Source: Coleofasciculaceae cyanobacterium (GTDB lineage: Bacteria; Cyanobacteriota; Cyanobacteriia; Elainellales; Elainellaceae). From it: DNA of 35,402 nt. The stretch spans positions 1-35,402 of the forward strand of contig DATNOY010000067.1 of assembly GCA_036703495.1 (NCBI GenBank). Direction: 5' to 3'. Below are positions 25,112 to 34,048 of the stretch, in pieces. Under the pieces are notes generated by a model that did not search any database, was not told the origin of the DNA, and was given only the letters and a program-made list of their open reading frames with translations. Made by a program: the position numbers and the translations under genes. Numbering within the stretch: position 1 is the stretch's first letter; the number at the start of each line of letters is the position of its first letter.

Positions 25112-26863
25112 TTGCTTGTGCGGCTGAAAGACTTTGATTCTCGATCTGCTGTTGTGCCTCATGCGATCGCTCTGGGAGGACTGCTACTGCTGGGGCTGGG
25201 GCTGCGATTTTGGCATCTAGACGCTAAGCCCCTGTGGCTGGATGAAGTGTTGACGGCGTTATTTACAACAGGGCATCGCTTTCAGGATGTGCCGCTCAAT
25301 CGGTTTTTTCCCTTAAAAGCACTAGATTCGCTGTTTGTTTATCAACCTGGATTAAGCTGTGCTCAGATTGCTCAAACAGTTGCGACCGAGTCAGTGCATC
25401 CGCCGGTCTTCTTTTGCCTGCTGTATCAGTGGTTGGGCTGGCTGCAGCCAGATGCGGAGAGTCTAGTCTGGGCCATACGGGCGATACCGGCTTTGATGGG
25501 AGCAGGAGCGATCGCTGCGCTCTATGTTTTGAATCGACTGGCTTTCTCGCCTGCGGCCGGTTTGTTAGGAGCCGCTCTGATGGCAGTTTCTCCCTTTGCC
25601 GTTTACCTGTCCCAAGAAGCCCGGCATTACACCTTGCCCATGCTGCTGATCACGCTAGCCTTGGCCGCACTGGTAGAAATCCAGCGAGATCTGGCAACGC
25701 TGCACTTGCGTCCTGCCATCTGGTTAGGCTGGGCTGGGGTGAATCTGCTCAGCCTCTATGTTCACTACTTTTGCATCCTGGCGTTGGTGGCTCAAGTTGT
25801 CGCCTTGTTGCTGTGGATGGGGTGGCAGCGCTACCAGATGTCTGGGCGGGCATTGTCTGGGCAGGCATTTGGGCGGGCATGGGGAGCGATCGCCCTGACG
25901 CTAACAGGCATTTTGCTGGGCTACTTGCCCTGGTTGCCAATCGTCATCAGCCATTTCCGTCGTCCCGAAACTGATTGGCTGATTCCTTACAATCCCAATT
26001 GGCTCGATCGGCTGGCTCCGCTTTATCAAACGCTGGTCGGCTGGACGCTGATGTTTGTGGCACTCCCTGTAGAGAAGCAACCCACACCCCTAGTGATTGG
26101 GTCTGCCGTGATCATGCTGGGTTTCATGATTTGGCTGGGCTGGCAGATTGGGCAAGGCTTGAGACGACTGTGGCACGAGACCCCCTATCGTCCGGCGATC
26201 ATCTTGCTGTCTGGCTTCACGCTCTGCGTAATCGGGGAATTTTTGGCAACCGCATACTTGCTCAACAAAGACCTTACCGTTGTCCCTCGCTACAACTTTG
26301 TTTACTATCCGGGGCTATGCGCCTTAGTAGCGGCCAGTCTAGTCAAAGCGCCAGTGCGCAGTGCAGCCCGCCCTGCTATCTCCCTGCCGCTGCTAGCAGG
26401 CCTGCTCAGCAGCATCCTGGTAGTTAATGGCTGGGTATTTCTTAAGTCCTATACGCCCGATCGGGTGGCGAAAAATATGGCTTTTGAACCTTCTACAGCT
26501 ATGGCAGTGGTAGCTGCCTATGATTCGCTGCAGGAAGTGGCGCTGGGATTGAGCTTTGCCTTGCAGCTTCAGCACGGTTATTCGCAGTCCTCTACGGCTG
26601 GCTTCGCTTTTGTAGATAAGTCCGCTGGCTATCAGCAAGCTTGGAAAATGCTGGCAGAGATGCCGCAACCGCAACCGCTGCCGCTGAATCTATGGGTAGT
26701 GGCATCTCCGGGAATGCGAACGGATGATTATCCCAATCGGCTCAGGCTTTCCTATCCCAAGGCCGATCGACAAGCGAAAGTACTGTGTGCCATTGATCCA
26801 GCCCACTATCGCCGGGTGGGGTTTCCTTATCAACTCTTCCGCTGCCAAAAGCGATCGTCCTGA
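25112..26863 (+). CDS. Polytopic membrane glycosyltransferase, family 39 (ArnT/PMT-like)
   Basis: 583 aa with more than 10 predicted TM helices. The N-terminal loop motif KPLWLDE is typical of GT39/ArnT-like enzymes. TTG start. Confidence 0.7.
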   Translation: MLVRLKDFDSRSAVVPHAIALGGLLLLGLGLRFWHLDAKPLWLDEVLTALFTTGHRFQDVPLNRFFPLKALDSLFVYQPGLSCAQIAQTVATESVHPPVFFCLLYQWLGWLQPDAESLVWAIRAIPALMGAGAIAALYVLNRLAFSPAAGLLGAALMAVSPFAVYLSQEARHYTLPMLLITLALAALVEIQRDLATLHLRPAIWLGWAGVNLLSLYVHYFCILALVAQVVALLLWMGWQRYQMSGRALSGQAFGRAWGAIALTLTGILLGYLPWLPIVISHFRRPETDWLIPYNPNWLDRLAPLYQTLVGWTLMFVALPVEKQPTPLVIGSAVIMLGFMIWLGWQIGQGLRRLWHETPYRPAIILLSGFTLCVIGEFLATAYLLNKDLTVVPRYNFVYYPGLCALVAASLVKAPVRSAARPAISLPLLAGLLSSILVVNGWVFLKSYTPDRVAKNMAFEPSTAMAVVAAYDSLQEVALGLSFALQLQHGYSQSSTAGFAFVDKSAGYQQAWKMLAEMPQPQPLPLNLWVVASPGMRTDDYPNRLRLSYPKADRQAKVLCAIDPAHYRRVGFPYQLFRCQKRSS

Positions 26864-27621
26864 AAATGCACTTTTAGAATGCATTTTTAAAGATCTCAAA
26901 GTTTAGGCGGCTGGAGGGGCGCTGAAATAAGGGACTGCCTCACAAAACTTATTATAGTTCGCCTGAACTTACTGACTTTTACCCTATCCAGATCTCCAAG
27001 AATTTGCTAACCTTGCTTTCCTAGTAGGTAGATTCTAGGAGGTAAGAACCGAATAAACGGCGTCAGAACAGAATCAAGCCAGATTTTGGGGTCTGTGCTT
27101 AATTCTACGGACGTGTTTCTGCAGATTTCCCAAAGAAGTAGCGTATTCCTTCGGAAGATGTAACCCAGTTCTCAAGATTTAATCTATCCTTGATCCTGAC
27201 ATCCAAATGCTCTCCGAGTTCTGAAACAAATTCTTGTTCTAATACTGCGGATTTGTCGGGTGAGCTGTTGAAGATGAGCTAGTGGATGTCGGTGTGAGGA
27301 CGTTGGATTGCTCCTTATAGAGTTTGCATCATTTGGGTGTTCTATCGGAGCACTCGAGGATTGAAGCATTTGCTAAACCAGTGCTTGCCCAGAAGTGGAT
27401 GTCTTCAGCAATGCGGCAGGATGGCATTGGTTTAGCTAAGGGTTATACCTATGCTTTTTGTGCAGCCTGATTGACTTGGCTGATTAGCTTGGCTATCAAG
27501 GCAGTTCATAGGACAGATCACAGAGTGTCTGCTTGAATGTTTGGCTTATCAATTCTCTCAGTACCCTGGATTCCAAATCTCATCGCTTTTTAGAAAGTTC
27601 CATCAGGAGGTGAATACAACG

Positions 27622-27819
27622 ATGACGCCCGCCAATTATTCTCGATTTATTCGATTTCTACAGGAAGACTTAGCGCTCTCGGCTTCGTCGATCTCGATCG
27701 CCCTACGCCATCGCGAGCAAGATCCCGGCCCTTTGCCCATGATTCTTTGGCAATATGGGCTGGTCACGTTAGAACAGCTCGATCGCATCTTTGACTGGTT
27801 AGAAACTTCTCAGCCTTAG
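27622..27819 (+). CDS. DUF2949-type small cyanobacterial protein (65 aa)
   Basis: MTPANYSRFIRFLQEDLALS...ALRHREQDPGPLPMILWQYGLVTLEQLDRIFDWLE matches my recollection of the DUF2949 family. AGGAGG lies at 27605-27610 upstream of the ATG at 27622. The 92-aa version in the ORF track is probably over-extended. Confidence 0.75.
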   Translation: MTPANYSRFIRFLQEDLALSASSISIALRHREQDPGPLPMILWQYGLVTLEQLDRIFDWLETSQP

Positions 27820-27978
27820 CTTGGTTTGAGTGAGCTTATTCTTGAGCGACTCCATCAACTAGCGTGCCCGCAGGACTTTCCCAGTAGGAGCGAACTTTAT
27901 GTCGAGTGTTCAGTGTCGTATCCCCTTGATACGAAACCAGATTAATAGCTTGGAGCGACTACAAATTCATAAATTGCA

Positions 27979-28013
27979 GCAAAGAGCGGGTCAGTTGACC
28001 CGCTCTTTGCTTT
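27979..28013. terminator. 15-bp-stem hairpin between convergent DUF2949 and pdhA genes. Probable bidirectional terminator.
   Basis: GCAAAGAGCGGGTCA (27979-27993) pairs with TGACCCGCTCTTTGC (27996-28010), followed by TTT. Confidence 0.6.
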
Positions 28014-28058
28014 AGGAATGGCTTTAGGAATAAATTAGATTCTTAGCTCGATCGCCAA

Positions 28059-29090
28059 CTACTCGTCTTCAGCAAATACAAAGCGATAGAGTTCACTGGG
28101 ATCAGGTTCAGGACTGTCTTGAGCAAATTTAACCGCCTCTTCGATTTGCGCTTGGATGCGTCGTTCGATCGCCTTCAGCTCTTCAGCCTCTACCAGCTGC
28201 TGAGCGGTCAAATGAGCTGCCAGTTTCTTGAGTGGATCACGAGCCAGCCACGCTTCTTTCTCATCTTTAGAGCGCAGTTCATCCGGATCGGCTAGAGAAT
28301 GTCCTCGAAAGCGATAGGTCAGACATTCAATCAGCGTTGGGCCTTCGCCAGCACGGGCACGAGCCACCGCTTCTTGCGCCACCGTCCGCACGGCCAAAAC
28401 ATCCATTCCATCGACTTCTACGCCCGGCATACCAAATACGCTAGCCTTTTTGTAAATTTCGGGCTGTGAGGTGGCGCGTTCGTGAGCCATACCGATCGCC
28501 CACTTGTTATTTTCTACTACAAATAAGATGGGCAGCTTCCAGAGAGCAGCCATATTCAGGCATTCAAAAAACTGACCATTGTTTGTGGTGCCATCGCCAA
28601 AGAAAGCCGCCGTTACCTGATCAGCAGAAGCATCACCCATCGCTTCCCGCCGATATTTAGACTGGAATGCGGCTCCTAGCGCCACCGGAATTCCTTCTCC
28701 AATAAAGGCATAGCCGCCCAGCAGCCGGTGTTTTGCCGAAAATAGGTGCATGGAGCCACCTCGCCCCTTACTGCACCCTGTTGCTTTGCCAAACAGCTCT
28801 GCCATGACTTCGCGGGCTGGTACGCCAGCACTGAGGGCATGAACGTGATCGCGGTAGGTGCTGCAGACATAGTCTTCGCCGGGGCGCATCGCCTGAATTA
28901 CGCCGGTAGATACGGCTTCTTGTCCGTTGTAGAGGTGGACAAACCCAAACATTTTACCCCGGTAGTACATTTCGGCGCACTTGTCTTCAAACATCCGCCC
29001 CAGGGTCATATCTTCGTAAAGCGTCAGCCCTTCTTCCCGCGAAACAGGCGCGATCGAAGCCAGCGTTGGGATAGTCCGTTCCTCAATCAT
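28059..29090 (-). CDS. pdhA: Pyruvate dehydrogenase (acetyl-transferring) E1 component alpha subunit
   Basis: Contains [29 protein letters not shown] and the [12 protein letters not shown] ThDP-binding motif. I prefer the ATG at 29090 (MIEERTIP...), since the 32-aa N-terminal extension to 29186 looks non-homologous. Confidence 0.92.
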   Translation of the reverse strand: MIEERTIPTLASIAPVSREEGLTLYEDMTLGRMFEDKCAEMYYRGKMFGFVHLYNGQEAVSTGVIQAMRPGEDYVCSTYRDHVHALSAGVPAREVMAELFGKATGCSKGRGGSMHLFSAKHRLLGGYAFIGEGIPVALGAAFQSKYRREAMGDASADQVTAAFFGDGTTNNGQFFECLNMAALWKLPILFVVENNKWAIGMAHERATSQPEIYKKASVFGMPGVEVDGMDVLAVRTVAQEAVARARAGEGPTLIECLTYRFRGHSLADPDELRSKDEKEAWLARDPLKKLAAHLTAQQLVEAEELKAIERRIQAQIEEAVKFAQDSPEPDPSELYRFVFAEDE

Positions 29091-29256
29091 GGGTATGCAG
29101 TATCCTTGCAGCAGTGAAATAGTCTTTAGATATATCCATTCCAAGATAACTCGGTCAGTGCTCAACTGCGAAAGGAGTTGCTTCAACTGAGCCGAATTTG
29201 GGCTTAATACCCTGCACCATCACCGATTTCTATAGCAATCTTCAGCTGAGTCAAGT

Positions 29257-29309
29257 CCAGAGTATTTTTTGAAAGCTTTGCTCCGCAAAGCTTTCAAAAA
29301 ATACTCTGG
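29257..29309. repeat. Long perfect hairpin element (25-bp stem, 3-nt loop), member B of hairpin family 1
   Basis: CCAGAGTATTTTTTGAAAGCTTTGC (29257-29281) is the exact reverse complement of 29285-29309. Confidence 0.85.
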
Positions 29310-29383
29310 CTTTAGCCGAGTGCACATCGATTTCTAAACCTGTGCCAAAAGCCTGTATCCAAAGCCCCAAAAAACAGAATCCC

Positions 29384-29419
29384 AAAAAAAAACAGAGAGA
29401 CGCGAACTTCGCGTCTCTC
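29384..29419 (-). terminator. Rho-independent terminator of ftsH
   Basis: Minus strand reads GAGAGACGCGAAGTTCGCGTCTCTC, then TG, then a 9-nt T run (plus-strand A run at 29384-29392). It begins 24 nt after the ftsH stop. Confidence 0.88.
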
Positions 29420-29442
29420 CAGGAGGTTATAGTCTCAGCAAA

Positions 29443-31284
29443 TTAAGCAATTGAAGCAACTTTGACGTTATTGGTTGCTAGCAATTCCTGAAGCTCTTCA
29501 GCATCGACTGTTTCGCGCTCAATTAACATCTCGGACAGCTTATCCAGCACTTCCCGGTTCTCGATCAAAACGGCTTTGGCCCGGCGATAAGCTTGCTCTA
29601 CCAAGTTGCGCACTTCATCGTCAATGGCAGCAGCTGTTTCTTCTGAGAAGTCCCGCTCTGCCATGATGTCACGCCCCAGGAACATACCGCCCTGTGCCCG
29701 ACCCAACGCTACAGGACCGAGGCGATCGCTCATACCAAACCGAGTCACCATTTGACGAGCCACGCGGGCCACCTGCTGCAGGTCATTAGAAGCCCCAGTG
29801 GTGACTTCTTCTTCGCCAAAGATAATCTCTTCAGCCAAACGTCCACCCAGCGCTACCGCCATTTGGTTTTGCAGATAGGAACGAGAGTATAAACCCGAAT
29901 CCATCCGATCTTCGCTTGGGGTAAACCAAGTAAGACCCCCTGCCCGACCGCGAGGAATGATGCTGATCTTCTGCACAGGGTCATAATCTGGCATCAGGGC
30001 ACCTACCAGCGCATGTCCAGCTTCGTGATAAGCTACCAGCGTTTTGCGCTTCTCGCTCATCACCCGATCTTTCTTCTCAGGACCTGCCAAGACGCGATCG
30101 ATCGCATCATTCACTTCATCCATCGAAATTTCGGTCAAATTGCGGCGAGCTGCCAAAATAGCCGCTTCGTTCAGCAAGTTTGCCAGGTCAGCACCCGTGA
30201 ACCCAGGGGTACGACGAGCAATTTTCTCCAGATCCACATCTTTCGAAAGAGTTTTGCCCCGAGCATGGACATTGAGAATTTCCAAGCGTCCAGCATAGTC
30301 AGGGCGATCAACCACAACCTGGCGATCGAACCGACCCGGACGCATCAAAGCTGCATCCAAGACATCGGGGCGGTTGGTTGCAGCGATGATGATGATGCCC
30401 GTGTTGCCCTCAAAGCCATCCATTTCGGTCAGCAATTGGTTGAGGGTTTGCTCCCGTTCATCATTACCACCCCCTAAACCTGCACCACGCTGACGGCCTA
30501 CGGCGTCAATTTCATCAATAAAGACAATACAGGGAGCATTGGCTTTCGCTTGTTCAAACAGGTCACGCACCCGCGATGCGCCTACACCCACAAACATTTC
30601 GACGAATTCAGAACCGGAGATCGAAAAGAAGGGAACGCCTGCTTCACCCGCAACCGCTTTAGCCAGGAGAGTTTTGCCCGTTCCAGGTGGCCCAACTAAC
30701 AGCACCCCTTTAGGAATCTTTGCCCCAACAGCGGTGAAGCGATCGGCATTCTTCAAGAAGTCCACGACTTCTGCAAGCTCCAGTTTGGCCTGCTCAATTC
30801 CAGCCACATCTCCAAATGTCACCTGAGTCTGGGGTTCCATTTGCACTCTGGCCTTCGACTTACCAAAGTTCATGGCCTGATTACCTGGACCACCTTGGGC
30901 CCGACGCAGCACAAAGAACAGCACAACCAGCAGCAGGAACGGAATCAACAAGGTACTCAAGACTCTGGCCCAGACATTGTCCTCTGTTTGAGGAGAAACG
31001 GAGATATCTACACCGTTTTTCTGCAAGATGTTGAGCATCTCTGGATCATTAGGCAAGTTGACCAGAACCGTCTGACCATCGCTCGTCTTGGCAGTAGCAC
31101 GGCTGCGGTCAGCACTAATACTTACCTTCTCAACTTGGCCGTTTTCTACCTGGTTAACGAACTGGCTATAGCGCCATGAGGTTGCGTTGGTCGGCTGTCT
31201 GTCTAATAGTGCTGTTCCCAGAAATATGAGAACAACTACTAAAAGGGCATACAGCCCCGCATTTCTCCACCGCTTATTATTCAC
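29443..31284 (-). CDS. ftsH: ATP-dependent zinc metalloprotease FtsH
   Basis: 613 aa. N-terminal TM, Walker A GPPGTGKT, Walker [12 protein letters not shown] region, zinc site HEAGHAL. GTG start with AGGAGG 10 nt upstream. Confidence 0.95.
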   Translation of the reverse strand: MNNKRWRNAGLYALLVVVLIFLGTALLDRQPTNATSWRYSQFVNQVENGQVEKVSISADRSRATAKTSDGQTVLVNLPNDPEMLNILQKNGVDISVSPQTEDNVWARVLSTLLIPFLLLVVLFFVLRRAQGGPGNQAMNFGKSKARVQMEPQTQVTFGDVAGIEQAKLELAEVVDFLKNADRFTAVGAKIPKGVLLVGPPGTGKTLLAKAVAGEAGVPFFSISGSEFVEMFVGVGASRVRDLFEQAKANAPCIVFIDEIDAVGRQRGAGLGGGNDEREQTLNQLLTEMDGFEGNTGIIIIAATNRPDVLDAALMRPGRFDRQVVVDRPDYAGRLEILNVHARGKTLSKDVDLEKIARRTPGFTGADLANLLNEAAILAARRNLTEISMDEVNDAIDRVLAGPEKKDRVMSEKRKTLVAYHEAGHALVGALMPDYDPVQKISIIPRGRAGGLTWFTPSEDRMDSGLYSRSYLQNQMAVALGGRLAEEIIFGEEEVTTGASNDLQQVARVARQMVTRFGMSDRLGPVALGRAQGGMFLGRDIMAERDFSEETAAAIDDEVRNLVEQAYRRAKAVLIENREVLDKLSEMLIERETVDAEELQELLATNNVKVASIA

Positions 31285-31349
31285 CGAGGCTATTCCTCCT
31301 AAAATTTTGATGCGAAGGCTTTCAGTTTCTTAATATTTATTAATGTAAC

Positions 31350-31372
31350 TCATCTAGACAGGATCTAGATGA
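31350..31372. promoter_or_regulatory. 9-bp perfect inverted repeat TCATCTAGA-N5-TCTAGATGA upstream of ftsH. Candidate operator.
   Basis: Read directly. It is centred ~77 nt upstream of the ftsH start codon. Confidence 0.3.
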
Positions 31373-31464
31373 CCGGAAAGCATTCAGGCACTTTCTAAGT
31401 GGCTCATCTCCCTATTCTGCCATTTGCTTCTCAGAATGCGTCGGTTAAATCACCCCGGATCGAG

Positions 31465-31516
31465 GCTGAAATAAAAATCCGCCCTCTCAGAATCTTAAAT
31501 CTGAGAGGGCGGATTT
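31465..31516 (-). terminator. Rho-independent terminator following tRNA-Glu
   Basis: 16-bp stem AAATCCGCCCTCTCAG / CTGAGAGGGCGGATTT (31475-31490 / 31501-31516). On the minus strand it is followed by a U-rich TTATTT tail. Confidence 0.8.
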
Positions 31517-31533
31517 ACTGTGAAAGTTTTGGA

Positions 31534-31606
31534 TACCCCCAGGGGAATTCGAATCCCCGTCGCCTCCGTGAAAGGGAGGTGTCCTAGGCCTCTAGACGAT
31601 GGGGGC
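31534..31606 (-). tRNA. trnE: tRNA-Glu (anticodon UUC)
   Basis: Minus strand reads GCCCCCATCGTCTAGAGGCCTAGGACACCTCCCTTTCACGGAGGCGACGGGGATTCGAATTCCCCTGGGGGTA. It forms a cloverleaf with anticodon stem CCTCC/GGAGG, loop CTTTCAC, T arm GGGGA-TTCGAAT-TCCCC and discriminator A. 3' CCA is not encoded (TCCA follows). Confidence 0.93.
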
Positions 31607-31626
31607 ATGTGTCTTTCACCTTTACT

Positions 31627-31655
31627 AGTTTATGCAGTGAAACTGATTTTGTCAA
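31627..31655 (-). promoter_or_regulatory. Near-consensus sigma70 promoter for tRNA-Glu, embedded in the 3' end of the upstream CDS
   Basis: Minus strand reads TTGACA (31655-31650), a 17-nt spacer, then TAAACT (31632-31627). The TAA of the -10 hexamer is the stop codon of ORF 31630-32421. The mature tRNA 5' end lies 20 nt downstream of the -10. Confidence 0.6.
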
Positions 31656-32421
31656 CTGCTAACGGAAATTCTGTAGGTGCGAATGTGCGAGGCAGGTTTT
31701 TTTTGAGTTCTTGACTGTTCAGCAGAAACCAAATCAGGTAAGCAGCGATCGCCAACCCGGCTGCGGCTAACAGCAGAGAGATCAGGTCAGGCACCCAGTC
31801 CGGCAAAGCAGAACTGCGGATAAAGGTGGGTTTTGCTGGCTGAGCAGTCATGCGCGTTGGAGACATTTTCTGATAGGACTGGCTGACACCTGTCGTATTG
31901 GGCGGCAACCCATAGGCGGTACGAAACTGCTGAAATTTTTGGCTAACGGCGATCGGGCGTTGCCCTGTACGGCTCCATTGCAGCAAAGACTCGCCCGTAA
32001 TACCGCACAGGTTGACCGCAGGAATTTCATACAGCCGCTGTAGCAACGATCGATCCTTAGAAACCAGCACAACTAAGCTGTTGGGAAAACTTTCAGACAG
32101 GGCAAAGGCACAGCGCCCCACCGCCAGTGACACTCTAGAACGCCGAGTCAGGGCTTGACCTGAGCCAACCTTAAAAGAGGCATGATGGGCGGTAACGTCC
32201 GTAATTTGCCAACCGCTAGAGGCATAAAAGCGGTTGAAGGACTTGGCGATCCGCTCTAAGTCTGGATCTGGAGAGCGGTCAAACAGCAGCCGCATTTCTT
32301 CATAAACCACCTGCGGAACGTAGCAGCTGCCCACCCGCGAAAACTCGCGCCATTCAGCAGGAGAAGCCACCGATAAGGCACTAATATCAAACACCAAAAT
32401 TACGGGGGGAACTGCGACCAT
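31630..32421 (-). CDS. Hypothetical protein: N-terminal PIN-like domain (tentative), C-terminal single TM anchor
   Basis: 263 aa. A beta-strand followed by Asp near the N-terminus (VILVFDISAL), plus later acidic residues (YEEM, SKDRS), resembles PIN-fold nucleases. TM helix LISLLLAAAGLAIAAYLIWFLL lies near the C-terminus. It starts 18 nt after the S2P stop. Confidence 0.6.
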   Translation of the reverse strand: MVAVPPVILVFDISALSVASPAEWREFSRVGSCYVPQVVYEEMRLLFDRSPDPDLERIAKSFNRFYASSGWQITDVTAHHASFKVGSGQALTRRSRVSLAVGRCAFALSESFPNSLVVLVSKDRSLLQRLYEIPAVNLCGITGESLLQWSRTGQRPIAVSQKFQQFRTAYGLPPNTTGVSQSYQKMSPTRMTAQPAKPTFIRSSALPDWVPDLISLLLAAAGLAIAAYLIWFLLNSQELKKNLPRTFAPTEFPLAVDKISFTA

Positions 32422-32439
32422 AAAAATAACCTCCGAAAT

Positions 32440-33954
32440 TTAGCCTCCAATCCCTAAGCGACCCGCCAAGCTTGGAGTTAAAGGTAATAATGTGGCTGCC
32501 ATCAGAAACAAAATGAGCAAGCCCAAGGCAGCGCGAGCATCGTTGGGTTCAGTGAGTTCATTCAGGGCAGGCCGCTCTAAGTCTCTTTGCAGGAACAGGA
32601 TGGCGATCGCCCAATATAGCGCCAAGGGATTGACCAAAGCCGCCAAACCTAACACAATCAGCGATCCAACGGTAGTACGGGCCGCAATTTTGCGACCATA
32701 AATAGACTGCATGATCCGCCCACCATCTAGCTGTCCAGCAGGTAACAGGTTAATTGCAGTAATCACCAAACCTAACCAGCCCAGGATAACCAGGGGGTGG
32801 ACGTCAACTACCGACTGTTGCAATGCATTTCCCAAGACTACTTTAGCCAGCGTCCCCACTAAAATTGAGCCTTGGAAGAATTCTGCAGGCAGTTGAAAGT
32901 AGCTGCCCGGATGGGACAGGAGCAGCCCTGTAACTAACATTCCTAGAGCGACTAGTCCGCCCGCAGCAGGGCCAGCAAAAGCAATATCAAACAGGGCAGT
33001 GCGGCTAGGCAGAACCGATGTAAACCGAGTAATTGCCCCAAAAGAACCGATTTGTAAGACTGGCAAAAAGAAGGGTGGCGTTAGGCGAACTTGGTGGCGT
33101 TTTGCTAAAACCCAATGCCCTATCTCATGAACAGACAGGATCAGCAGAATGCCTAAGCCAATTGGCAAAACTTCCTTGAAGCGGGCAGGAGCCGTAAAGA
33201 AATCAAACCCCAGCATCAGCCCTGCTGTTTCTAAACAGGTGGCTATAGTGGCCAATCCTAAGACCACCGCCAGCAGAATTTGGGTCAGAGAAGTCGGTTT
33301 AGGATCACTGCTGCTGGGCAAAATCACCACGACCGGCTTCTCTTCCACCCCTTCCACCAAAAACAGGCGGTAGCGATCGCCTAATCGCTCTTTCAAGGCA
33401 GCGGACAGGCGATCGTAGCTGGATTGCGGCTCTCCTCGCAGGTTGCCTTTGAAAATAGCCCCGTTTTGATAAGCAATAGTTTCAACAGCAAAAAAAGTAT
33501 CTACTGCAAAGATGCCGCGAATGGCTTGCAAATCTGCGGCTGGAATGACCGGTACGGACGGATCTTTGCCTGGTTCAGGCGATATTGGCACCGCATCGGA
33601 CCTAGGCAAAGCAGGTTCAACGCCAGAGCTAGCCTCAGACATACTAGCTTCAGACCTAGAGGAGGCGTCTGAGGAAAGGGGCAGCCGCTCTAACAGCTTT
33701 TCGTCTGTTGCTAAGTCTCGCAACCACCTGCCCAGCGCAATATAAACTAATGTAGAACCTACCAATAGAGACAGTACGCCTGCCAAGTTAATATAAATTC
33801 CAGCCGCAGCGGAACCAAAGAATAACAGCCAGGGCAACATCAGCGCTACCGACTGCAGCCAAGCCACTATGCCCAGCTTGCCAAGGGGTCTAGCCCGGTA
33901 GAAGCCCCACCCCAGAACTCCTAATGCAACGAGCAGAATCAAAACAGTAATCAT
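32440..33954 (-). CDS. Site-2 protease family (M50) membrane zinc metalloprotease, EGY-like
   Basis: 504 aa, polytopic. HExxH motif (SVHEIGHWV) lies in a TM segment, with the downstream NLLPAGQLDGGRI motif. Confidence 0.9.
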   Translation of the reverse strand: MITVLILLVALGVLGWGFYRARPLGKLGIVAWLQSVALMLPWLLFFGSAAAGIYINLAGVLSLLVGSTLVYIALGRWLRDLATDEKLLERLPLSSDASSRSEASMSEASSGVEPALPRSDAVPISPEPGKDPSVPVIPAADLQAIRGIFAVDTFFAVETIAYQNGAIFKGNLRGEPQSSYDRLSAALKERLGDRYRLFLVEGVEEKPVVVILPSSSDPKPTSLTQILLAVVLGLATIATCLETAGLMLGFDFFTAPARFKEVLPIGLGILLILSVHEIGHWVLAKRHQVRLTPPFFLPVLQIGSFGAITRFTSVLPSRTALFDIAFAGPAAGGLVALGMLVTGLLLSHPGSYFQLPAEFFQGSILVGTLAKVVLGNALQQSVVDVHPLVILGWLGLVITAINLLPAGQLDGGRIMQSIYGRKIAARTTVGSLIVLGLAALVNPLALYWAIAILFLQRDLERPALNELTEPNDARAALGLLILFLMAATLLPLTPSLAGRLGIGG

Positions 33955-34048
33955 TTAAACACTCTCTGTTTCTTCACAGAGTCATTCAAGCACAAGGTTT
34001 AGTCATCAAGAATAGCAGTCAAGGTTGATACCAAAAGCTTCAGTTTTT

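Noticed and set aside
25414-26427. Two consecutive alternate-frame ORFs (186 and 150 aa) inside the GT39 gene that might suggest a frameshifted gene
   Set aside because: The 583-aa frame is uninterrupted and gives a coherent polytopic membrane protein. The alternate-frame products are Arg/Ser/Gly/Cys-rich nonsense typical of out-of-frame GC-rich DNA.
22629-26863. UvrD-like helicase plus adjacent membrane glycosyltransferase as a possible defence or novel system
   Set aside because: Both look like ordinary conserved housekeeping-type genes. They are separated by 53 nt, with no nuclease, methylase, ATPase-partner or other defence hallmark. Adjacency alone is not enough.
27283-27305. Minus-strand GUCCUCACAC resembling the conserved ACUCCUCACAC loop of the cyanobacterial sRNA Yfr1
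   Set aside because: The match is imperfect. The flanking 5' stem-loop and the 3' terminator hairpin with U tail that define Yfr1 are absent.
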